A stretch of DNA of 64,000 nucleotides, from contig CAMOZY010000004.1 of NCBI GenBank assembly GCA_946631295.1, forward strand, positions 2,316 to 66,315, written 5' to 3'. Positions 56,177 through 64,000 of this stretch are shown here, in pieces; within the stretch, counting starts at the first letter, position 1, and the number at the start of each line of letters is the position of its first letter. A program made the position numbers and the translations under genes. A model generated the notes under the pieces. The model did not search any database. It saw only the letters and a list, made by a program, of their open reading frames with translations, and was not told the origin of the DNA. This DNA comes from an uncultured Lachnospiraceae bacterium. Its GTDB lineage: Bacteria > Bacillota > Clostridia > Lachnospirales > Lachnospiraceae.

Positions 56177-58306
56177 TCAGGGAAGTTCGATCTCAAGTAG
56201 TGAAACCTTTCTGCCAAGAAGCTGTTCACTTCTTGCATCGGGCTGCTGTCCTCCGACATACACCACAGCCTTGCCTGAAGGAATGACGAACTTTCCTTCA
56301 GTATCAAAGAGTCCGAAGCTTTCCTTTGAAAGTTTAACGGAAACCTTCTGAGTCTCACCAGCCTTAAGAGAAACCTTCTTAAATGCCTTCAGCTGATATT
56401 TGGGAGCATTCTCAACGCCGCTAACCTTAACATAGATCTGAACAGTTTCTCTTCCGTCAAATTTTCCGGTATTGGTAACAACAAATTCAACGGTGATACC
56501 GTCATCATCAAGTACTGTCTTATCAGCCATGACATTTGAATATTCGTAAGAGGTATAGGAAAGTCCGTATCCAAAGGGATAAAGAGCTTCATTCGTCATG
56601 TATCTGTAGGTTCTTCCCTTCATTGCATAATCCGTAAAATCGGGAAGTTCCGCAGTGCTCTTATAGAATGTAACAGGAAGCTTTCCTTCAAAATTCCTGT
56701 CTCCGAATACCGTTTCAGCTATAGCTCTTCCACCCATTGCACCGGGATACCAGCACTGGATGACTGCATTAATATCGGTATCATCGATTGCAAGAGCGCT
56801 TCCGACAAGAAGAAGGAGAATTACGGGCTTACCGCTCTTTACAGCTGTTTCAAGGATCTCACCCTGAAGGCCGGGAAGCTTAAGGTCTATCTTATCTCCG
56901 CTGGCAAACTCATTACCTGCGTCGCCTTCCTCACCCTCGATACCGGCATCAAGTCCAAGAGCCATGAAGATAACATCGCTGTCCTCGCACACGCTTTTAA
57001 CTTCCGATATTCTGTCATCACCCTTGGAAAGACCGCTGATCCTGTCTCTTACAAGATCACAGCCTTCCGAATATCTGAATGTGACATCTTCGCCGAGATA
57101 ATCCTCAAGGCCTTCAAGAACCGTAACATATCTGGATGCAGTTCCTTCATAGTTTCCAACAAGAGCACGTCTTGAATCTGCATTAGGTCCGATCACGCCG
57201 ACAGTTTTGATCTTGTTTTTATCGAGAGGAAGAATACCGTCATTCTTGAGAAGAACAAGGCTCTTTGCAGAGGTGTTAAGGTTCAGGGCCTTGTGCTCTT
57301 TGCTGTCAACCTCAGCCATTGTTATGCCATCGAAAGCAGTCTTTTCTCCATCCATCATTCCGAGCTTCATCCTGGTGGTAAAGAGATTAACGAGTGCCTC
57401 ATCAAGTCTGGACTCTTTTACCTTGCCCTGCTCTACAGCATCCTTAAGATAAACGAAAAGATCACCGCAGTTAAGATCGCATCCGTTGTTCATTGCAAGA
57501 CTTACGGACTCAACTTCATCGGAAGTCACCATATGTCCGGTATGGAAATCCTTGATAGCCCAGCAGTCCGAGACAACATGTCCCTTGAATCCCCACTCAT
57601 CTCTCAGAATGTCCTTAAGGAGAGTCTTAGAACCGCAGCAAGGCTCGCCGTTAGTACGGTTATATGCACCCATGATAGTTTCAACATCAGCCTCCTGAAC
57701 ACAGGCCTTGAAAGCAGGAAGATAGGTTTCCCTCATATCCTGCACGGAAGCAACCGCATTGAAATGATGTCTCTCAGGCTCGGGACCTGAGTGAACCGCA
57801 AAGTGCTTTGCGCAGGCAGCAGCCTTCATATGATTCTCATCATGGCCCTGAAGTCCCTTGATATATCTGACTCCGAGTCTTGAGGTAAGATAAGGATCCT
57901 CACCGTATGTCTCCTGTCCTCTTCCCCACCTGGGATCACGGAAGATATTGACATTGGGAGCCCAGAATGTAAGTCCCTTATAAATATCTGTATCCGAAAA
58001 TTTCTGCTGGATATTAAACTTGGCACGTCCCTCAGTGGAAACAACATCTCCGAGTTCTTCCATAAGATCCTCATCAAATGTTGCAGCAAGACCTATTGCC
58101 TGAGGGAAAACAGTAGCCGTACCTGCTCTTGCAACTCCATGGAGTGCCTCATTCCACCAGTCATAAGCCTTGATTCCGAGATGTTCAATAGCAGGAGCAT
58201 GATTCAGGGTCTGTGATACTTTTTCTTCGAGGGTCATCTTCGAAACAAGTTCCTCAGCTTTCCTGCGAAACTCTTCGATCTTAGCCTGATTTTTTACAAG
58301 ATCCAT
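56177..58306 (-). CDS. GH3 beta-xylosidase/beta-glucosidase (no signal peptide)
   Basis: WWNEALHG, PRWGRGQETYGEDP, KHFAVH, VSDCWA nucleophile, EGEEGD, C-terminal FN3-like domain. Confidence 0.94.
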   Translation of the reverse strand: MDLVKNQAKIEEFRRKAEELVSKMTLEEKVSQTLNHAPAIEHLGIKAYDWWNEALHGVARAGTATVFPQAIGLAATFDEDLMEELGDVVSTEGRAKFNIQQKFSDTDIYKGLTFWAPNVNIFRDPRWGRGQETYGEDPYLTSRLGVRYIKGLQGHDENHMKAAACAKHFAVHSGPEPERHHFNAVASVQDMRETYLPAFKACVQEADVETIMGAYNRTNGEPCCGSKTLLKDILRDEWGFKGHVVSDCWAIKDFHTGHMVTSDEVESVSLAMNNGCDLNCGDLFVYLKDAVEQGKVKESRLDEALVNLFTTRMKLGMMDGEKTAFDGITMAEVDSKEHKALNLNTSAKSLVLLKNDGILPLDKNKIKTVGVIGPNADSRRALVGNYEGTASRYVTVLEGLEDYLGEDVTFRYSEGCDLVRDRISGLSKGDDRISEVKSVCEDSDVIFMALGLDAGIEGEEGDAGNEFASGDKIDLKLPGLQGEILETAVKSGKPVILLLLVGSALAIDDTDINAVIQCWYPGAMGGRAIAETVFGDRNFEGKLPVTFYKSTAELPDFTDYAMKGRTYRYMTNEALYPFGYGLSYTSYEYSNVMADKTVLDDDGITVEFVVTNTGKFDGRETVQIYVKVSGVENAPKYQLKAFKKVSLKAGETQKVSVKLSKESFGLFDTEGKFVIPSGKAVVYVGGQQPDARSEQLLGRKVSLLEIELP

Positions 58307-58401
58307 ATTTTTTCTCCTTATAAATCCATGTAAAATTGGGTATTTTTGTTAAGAATACGTTTTCATCGTATCTTTTCGATTTTTTCTAATCTAACTTAAT
58401 A

Positions 58402-58426
58402 TTGCTGATTAGTTTTCACATTTTGC
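58402..58426 (-). promoter_or_regulatory. Possible AraC-type direct-repeat site in the GH3/AraC divergent region
   Basis: GCAA(A/T)AT repeated 21 nt apart (58426 and 58405); short and AT-rich, so weak. Confidence 0.3.
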
Positions 58427-58500
58427 TTTTAATTTTTTCCAAATGGAATTAAAATCAAGAAGGATCAGTATTTGTTGATTACTTAAAGAGAGAGGTTCAT

Positions 58501-59400
58501 ATGCTCCCTGTTTTGGAACACGGCCGTGAAACCGTGAAATATGAAGAGATTCAGGGTGTAAGGCTTTATCATAACGATATTGCCGAGGATTATCCCCTTC
58601 ACTGGCACACCGCCACGGAGATCATCGCACCCATTGAAAATGATTATACTGTAGAAGTCGGAACAGAGAAATTTACCATATGTCCCGGTGATGTTGCAGT
58701 GATCATGTCAGGTACCCTGCACAGGCTCTATGCCCCCGAAAACGGCAAGAGACTGATCATCATGTTCGACTATAACCTGATCGGCAACGTTACTTCACTC
58801 AACAGTCTTCTTCACTCCCTCGGTGAATGTATTATCATCAGAAAGAGTGAGAACCCCGAGCTATCCGATAAGCTTAAGTATTATCTGGATCAGACCAGAA
58901 AAGAATACGAAGGCAAACAGCCTTATGCCGGAGCTGCCATCTATTCTCTTCTTATCCGTTTCATGGTGGATGTCGGAAGAAGCTGCATGGAAGAAAGAGT
59001 TCCCCAGCACGGAAGATCGTCTGCGAAAAATAAAGAATACATCGGAAGATTCATGGATGTATGTAATTATATATCCGAGCACTGCACCGAAGATATCGAT
59101 ATGGATGCACTTGCGGAGATGGCAGGATTTTCAAGATTCCATTTTGCAAGACTGTTCAAGGAATTTGCACATGTATCCTGTTATGAATATCTGACTCAGA
59201 AAAGAATACTTCTCGCAGAGATGTATCTGAACCAGCCGGATCTTTCGATACTGGATGTGGCACTTCAGTCCGGATTCAAATCACTCTCTACTTTTAACAG
59301 AGTGTTTAAATCCTATAAGAACTGCACACCTTCAGAGTACAGGAAGATGAACAGGCGCTATACTCCTAAGCCCGCACTCACACCGATTGAGGAAGAATAA
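58501..59400 (+). CDS. AraC family transcriptional regulator (cupin + double HTH)
   Basis: PLHWH cupin, GFSRFHFARLFK, VALQSGFKSLSTFNRVFK...TPSEYR; the only long plus-strand gene. Confidence 0.95.
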   Translation: MLPVLEHGRETVKYEEIQGVRLYHNDIAEDYPLHWHTATEIIAPIENDYTVEVGTEKFTICPGDVAVIMSGTLHRLYAPENGKRLIIMFDYNLIGNVTSLNSLLHSLGECIIIRKSENPELSDKLKYYLDQTRKEYEGKQPYAGAAIYSLLIRFMVDVGRSCMEERVPQHGRSSAKNKEYIGRFMDVCNYISEHCTEDIDMDALAEMAGFSRFHFARLFKEFAHVSCYEYLTQKRILLAEMYLNQPDLSILDVALQSGFKSLSTFNRVFKSYKNCTPSEYRKMNRRYTPKPALTPIEEE

Positions 59401-59403
59401 ACA

Positions 59404-59432
59404 AATAGTCCCCGGCAATCGCCGGGGACTTG
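59404..59432. terminator. Bidirectional terminator between the AraC gene and GH2
   Basis: AGTCCCCGGC-AATC-GCCGGGGACT. Confidence 0.8.
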
Positions 59433-59478
59433 TCATTTTAGAATAATCATTTTTACGAAATGCTTTCAGGAATATCCA

Positions 59479-62400
59479 TCACGAAAATCTGAAGCTTTCA
59501 AAGTCAAAGCAGCTTCCGGGCAGGAATACGAATGTAATGTTCTGCACGCCGGTAACCTTCTCAAATTCAAAAGTCTGCTCGCATGTCTCGTCTGACTGTC
59601 TGAATTCGATTATGTTCTTGATCTCATTTACTCCATCATTAAATCTCACATGAATGGTATTATCATTCTTTAATGCTCTTCCCTTTACGGTAAGCCTTGT
59701 TGTACCCTCTTCTCCAAAATCCATGCCTGAGAATTCTATGGATACGTTATTACCTATTCCCTCGACTCTCCCACCGTTTACAGTAAAGTCATCTCCGTAA
59801 ATTTCATCAGCAGATGAAGCATCAAGTGTCATGAATGCTTTTGAATACTTTTTGAATGAGAATCCCTTGACATGCATCTTATCGGAAAACTCAAAGTACA
59901 GACTGCAAATGCCCTTAAGAGGCTTTTCAAATTTCCATGTATCTTCCTGATATGTATTCCAGATAGAAGGCTTCTGATATACAAATTCTCCTATCAGCTC
60001 TCCTTCTTTTCCGGGAACGCCGTTATAAACCTTGAACGGATATGCATCACCGTTAAGTGTAAAGATCGGCATTGTGATCTCATCAGATCCGGCCTGTCCG
60101 AAATCAATTTTTTCAAATCCTACAACAGATCTTGCATTTCTGTCAGAGGCAAATCCCATTTCATTTCCTGCACCTATTTCGCCTTCCGTATATGTATAGG
60201 CACTTCCGTAAATGAAATCATAAGGATCAAGGAATGCGGGGCCGACTCCCGAAACAGAAAATTCAAGTTCGGATATAACTCTTACCGATCTGCTTCCGGA
60301 TTTCGACATGCATTTTAATCTGAACTCTCCGTCACCGAGCGCTTCAATCCTGACTCCGCCCTCTTCGGGATAAAGCTTAACAAAATTAACAGGAACTCCC
60401 TTGTCGGATACTGCACTGTAAATGACATCCCTGTCGGTCGCATTATCAGGAAGTATCTTCACACCTGCAAAGACCTCTTTATTATCCGGTGTAAGATTTC
60501 TGTTATCCGCATTTATCTCAAGCTTTCTTACCGGTATCTCTTCATCAGATCCAAGGTGAGTTTTGCGTGAAATATTTTTTTCGAGGTAAATTTCTGCACC
60601 TTTATCAAAAGGCGAATCATTAGCAAAACCATCAGCAGGCTTATCCATATCATCTGAGATACACTTAAGGCTCACTTCACAGTCCATAAGACCTTCTGAT
60701 GAAACCTTAAGACTCACATCACCTGCATCTGAAGAAGGTGCAATGATCGCAAGGAGCTTACCGTTAAACAATCTTCTTGAAACAGCCTTATATGAATCCT
60801 CGTCTGTGCTGTCTCCGTTATCAAGTCCTACCAGCCTTCCGGCTCCCGTAACTTCAACCTTCATTCTGTTGCATGCATTCATTACAGGATTGCCGTCTTC
60901 ATCCAATACGGACACTTCTGCAAAAATAAGATCATCTGTTCCTGCACGCATTGTCTCACAGTCAGTATCAATCTCTATCGATGCTGCTTCACCAAATGAA
61001 CTTACCGTATCTCTTGCGGTGATATTACCTGACTTATCGTAAGCTACAGCTTCAAGTTCACCTGCTTCATAGGACACACGGTAATCTGCGATTATATGAT
61101 CTCCCGAACCGGGAGCATGTGTCAGTTTCTGTTTTCCGAGACTCTTTCCGTTAAGGAAAAGCTCGACAGTATCCTCATTGGAGCATACTCTTACATCGAT
61201 CATCTGACCGGGATTAAAATCCCAGTAAGGGAAAATATGAACCATAGGATCTTTTGAAGGATCAGTCCATGCGGATCTGAAGACATAGTAATAATCCTTC
61301 GGAAAACCTGCAGTATCGATATTTCCGAAATATGAATTCTTGGTGTGATATGGAGTGGGCTCACCTATATAATCAAATCCTGTCCAGAGGAACTGACCTG
61401 CGGAAAAGTCCATATCCCTGTCCTGACAGATACATGCTTCAACGCTCTTTGCTCCCCAGCTTGTATTGCAGTTTCCAAGCGAAGAACACTGTTCATCGAC
61501 ATCCGAAAGCTTCGTTACTGAAAGAGGGAATTTATAAACGCCTCTGCTGTTTACAAGTGATTCAGTTTCACTTCCGTAGATTATCCAGTCGGGATATTTT
61601 GCATGATGTTCCCTGTAGAGATTCTCCGCATAGTTATATCCTGCAAGTTTAAGGACATCAGCGCATTTTTGTCCGCCCTCCCATGCAAGATAATTTGATG
61701 CAAATGTGCAGACTCCGTTTTCATAGGGATCGTGCTTTTTAACTTCATCCATGAGATGCTTAACTGTCTCTGGTGCATTTGCATCTGCATGTACATCATA
61801 GATCTCGTTTCCTATGCTCCACATTATGACGGAGGGATGATTGCGGTCCTGTCTTACCCAGCTTCTTATATCCCTCTCATGCCAGTCCCTGAAAAATCTC
61901 GCATAGTCATAATCGGTCTTTTGCCTGTACCACATATCAAAGGCTTCACTCATGACGACAATTCCCATCTCGTCAGCAAGTTCCAGCACCTCAGGAGCGG
62001 GCATGTTATGTGATGTTCTCAGTGCATTAACTCCCATGCTCTTCAGCATCACGAATTTTCTTCTCATGGCAGACTTATTAAATGCAGCCCCAAGAGATCC
62101 GAGATCATGATGTTCACATACACCGTTCAGTTTTACTTTACGTCCGTTTAAAAGAAATCCCTTTTCAGGTTCAAAGGAAATATCGCGCAGTCCAAAGCGT
62201 ATCGTTTCTTCATCAGCATCTCCGGCCGCAGACATTTTTACGGTAAGAGTATAAAGGTAAGGATCATTAATATCCCAGAGATGAGGATCTGATATCTCGT
62301 AATCATTATCATTTATCTTATTAATGGCAACGGAATTCCCGGCCGTATCCTTAACAGCATATTCAAGCAGTGCATCTGCCCCGGCAGCACCTTCAATCTC

Positions 62401-62904
62401 CGTTTCTATATGAATGATCCTCTTTCCGTTTTCACTGCGTGAGGAAACGTAGATACCGTCTTTAGCGATATAAGTCTCATCGGTATTTCTGATATAGACA
62501 TTCCTGTATATACCTGCACCTGAATACCATCTGCTGTTTGGTGAGATATGCGTAACACTGACTGCGATGAGATTTTCTCCCTCTTTCAGCTGATCTGTGA
62601 TATCACAGTCAAATGCGGAATAACCGTATTTCCATTCACATACTTTTACTCCGTTAACAAATACTGCGCTGTCCATATAGACACCGTCGAATTCGAGGAA
62701 ATATCTTCCCTTCTTCTCATCAAGGATCAGCTTTCTTACATACCATCCTCTTCCTGTCCTGTACAGATCAGTAGAATCATAAATGAGCCAGTCGTGAGGA
62801 ATCTGGACGCTCTTAAATTCTCCAAGCTTTCCCAGCATCTCTTCATATTCAGTTTCTACGCCTGTCTCTAAAAACTTCCAGCCTTTATTGAACCCGTATC
62901 TCAT
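59479..62904 (-). CDS. GH2 glycoside hydrolase (beta-galactosidase-like, multi-domain, C-terminal CBM-like modules)
   Basis: FDGVY, RWYSGAGIYR, GVCEHHDLG, RTSHN, WSIGNE acid/base, WTGFDYIGEP, DTAGFPKD. Confidence 0.93.
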   Translation of the reverse strand: MRYGFNKGWKFLETGVETEYEEMLGKLGEFKSVQIPHDWLIYDSTDLYRTGRGWYVRKLILDEKKGRYFLEFDGVYMDSAVFVNGVKVCEWKYGYSAFDCDITDQLKEGENLIAVSVTHISPNSRWYSGAGIYRNVYIRNTDETYIAKDGIYVSSRSENGKRIIHIETEIEGAAGADALLEYAVKDTAGNSVAINKINDNDYEISDPHLWDINDPYLYTLTVKMSAAGDADEETIRFGLRDISFEPEKGFLLNGRKVKLNGVCEHHDLGSLGAAFNKSAMRRKFVMLKSMGVNALRTSHNMPAPEVLELADEMGIVVMSEAFDMWYRQKTDYDYARFFRDWHERDIRSWVRQDRNHPSVIMWSIGNEIYDVHADANAPETVKHLMDEVKKHDPYENGVCTFASNYLAWEGGQKCADVLKLAGYNYAENLYREHHAKYPDWIIYGSETESLVNSRGVYKFPLSVTKLSDVDEQCSSLGNCNTSWGAKSVEACICQDRDMDFSAGQFLWTGFDYIGEPTPYHTKNSYFGNIDTAGFPKDYYYVFRSAWTDPSKDPMVHIFPYWDFNPGQMIDVRVCSNEDTVELFLNGKSLGKQKLTHAPGSGDHIIADYRVSYEAGELEAVAYDKSGNITARDTVSSFGEAASIEIDTDCETMRAGTDDLIFAEVSVLDEDGNPVMNACNRMKVEVTGAGRLVGLDNGDSTDEDSYKAVSRRLFNGKLLAIIAPSSDAGDVSLKVSSEGLMDCEVSLKCISDDMDKPADGFANDSPFDKGAEIYLEKNISRKTHLGSDEEIPVRKLEINADNRNLTPDNKEVFAGVKILPDNATDRDVIYSAVSDKGVPVNFVKLYPEEGGVRIEALGDGEFRLKCMSKSGSRSVRVISELEFSVSGVGPAFLDPYDFIYGSAYTYTEGEIGAGNEMGFASDRNARSVVGFEKIDFGQAGSDEITMPIFTLNGDAYPFKVYNGVPGKEGELIGEFVYQKPSIWNTYQEDTWKFEKPLKGICSLYFEFSDKMHVKGFSFKKYSKAFMTLDASSADEIYGDDFTVNGGRVEGIGNNVSIEFSGMDFGEEGTTRLTVKGRALKNDNTIHVRFNDGVNEIKNIIEFRQSDETCEQTFEFEKVTGVQNITFVFLPGSCFDFESFRFS

Positions 62905-62936
62905 AAAACCCCCGAAAAAATTATCAGTTTATAGAA

Positions 62937-62970
62937 AAATCACGGGGCCGGAAAATGGTCCCGTGATTTA
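62937..62970. terminator. Intrinsic terminator between the esterase and GH2
   Basis: AAATCACGGG...CCCGTGATTT. Confidence 0.7.
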
Positions 62971-63001
62971 AAGTTAATTAATTTTTCAGATTAAATCAAT
63001 A

Positions 63002-64000
63002 TTAAATTTTCATGATGAAAGGAGCCATGAGCTTGCAGGGTTTCTTTTCACCGGATACTGATGAAGTATTATATATCATCTCACCAATGTAGGTACTCCT
63101 CTGCAGATACCTTATTCCATCAGGTTTTTCAGCGGAATCTGTTATGATCCTTATATGACTGTCATCCGTAAGACATGCTTCAACAGGAGTGATCTTATCA
63201 CCACAGACTACGGAGAAATCTCTTATTGCGCCTCTCTTTTTCTTATCAGGTGAAAAAGCAGCAGCTCCTTCTCCGACATTTGAAAGGCTCATAACAATCT
63301 CGTATCTGCCGTTCTTTTCCTCACAAGTAACACAGCTTACAACAGGTCCCTGCGAAGGATAGCTGATAGTTCCGGGATAAACAACATCAAGAGCAATATC
63401 TGCAAGTCTTGTTCCGACATTATATTTATTCATGGGATGAAGATCGTTGTCTTCACCTGAATCCATATTTACAGTCATATATGTTCCGGGAACAACCTCT
63501 GTGATCTTCCTTTGTGCTTCCCTGAACTCATCCCATCCGCCATGACTTCCGTCTTCCGAAGGTGCCAGTCCATCGGTAAAGTTAGGGAGCTGTGCAAGTA
63601 TATAGGGGAGCTTTTCATCATTCCAGAGTCTGCGATACCCTTCAACCTGAAGTCTTGTATATTCAACATACTCATCGGTCATGAATGCATCGGATTCACC
63701 CTGATACCAGAGAACGCCTTCGATCGGATACGGAGTACAGGGAGCTGTCATTGCATTGAAAAGTCCCATGGGATGCCAGTTGATAAAGTCAATTTCGGGA
63801 GCTGTCTTATCCATGATACATCCGATGGCGTATTTCCACTCGCCGGACAGATCGATGGCGCCTGCAGGAAGTTCATCACTCCATGGATCTGCCTTGCACT
63901 CATCATTAAATATCATCAGGCGCTTTCCCGGAGTTACTCTTCCAAATCCGCCGTCCACTCTGATCCTGAGAACAACAGAGTTCTCACCCTCTCTTATAAC
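63002..64000 (-). CDS. Sialate O-acetylesterase-family (SGNH) carbohydrate acetylesterase, 5' end beyond the window
   Basis: LFNAM, GVLWYQGESD, QLPNF, REAQ, DLHP. The frame stays open to 64000 (VIREGENSVVLRIRVDGG), so the track's start at 63958 is an internal GTG. Confidence 0.88.
   Translation of the reverse strand, partial: VIREGENSVVLRIRVDGGFGRVTPGKRLMIFNDECKADPWSDELPAGAIDLSGEWKYAIGCIMDKTAPEIDFINWHPMGLFNAMTAPCTPYPIEGVLWYQGESDAFMTDEYVEYTRLQVEGYRRLWNDEKLPYILAQLPNFTDGLAPSEDGSHGGWDEFREAQRKITEVVPGTYMTVNMDSGEDNDLHPMNKYNVGTRLADIALDVVYPGTISYPSQGPVVSCVTCEEKNGRYEIVMSLSNVGEGAAAFSPDKKKRGAIRDFSVVCGDKITPVEACLTDDSHIRIITDSAEKPDGIRYLQRSTYIGEMIYNTSSVSGEKKPCKLMAPFIMKI

Overview
64 kb of chromosome from a low-GC Firmicute, most likely a gut or rumen Lachnospiraceae member (inferred from gene content and order). 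Almost everything is on the minus strand. Left to right: priA-def-fmt-rsmB-(rlmN fragment); recJ; secDF; the SCIFF/ranthipeptide pair scfA-scfB; a CorC/HlyC transporter; a large lipoprotein with two paralogous zinc-ribbon membrane proteins; a heterodimeric ABC exporter whose two halves are split by an iorAB-paaK-ACT cluster; an Sfp-type PPTase; apt-rel-MBL-GGDEF-hemZ-hisS-aspS; a SEC-C protein; GH43; a dense non-coding block around a tRNA-Leu(AAG); three membrane proteins; a pectin locus (GH105, GH28, CE8, kduI, kduD-like, eda, kdgK); a signalling block (hybrid kinase and two EAL proteins); and a hemicellulose block (GH3, AraC, GH2, partial acetylesterase). The strongest candidate for an undescribed system is a 153-aa acidic lipoprotein with six exact VYGPP repeats, translationally coupled to a radical SAM/SPASM enzyme (52690-54263). 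It is a probable protein-modification system. Other items missing from the ORF track: a promoter-bounded sRNA with an anti-Shine-Dalgarno core (about 5085-5170); a type I toxin-antitoxin-like micro-ORF/antisense RNA pair (36312-36510); a two-unit structured repeat with covarying hairpins beside the tRNA; a structured 5' leader on the CorC gene; and a shared 14-bp operator-like palindrome. No searches were run. Family names come from motif recognition and need HMM or Rfam confirmation. No CRISPR array, rRNA or intact mobile element was seen.
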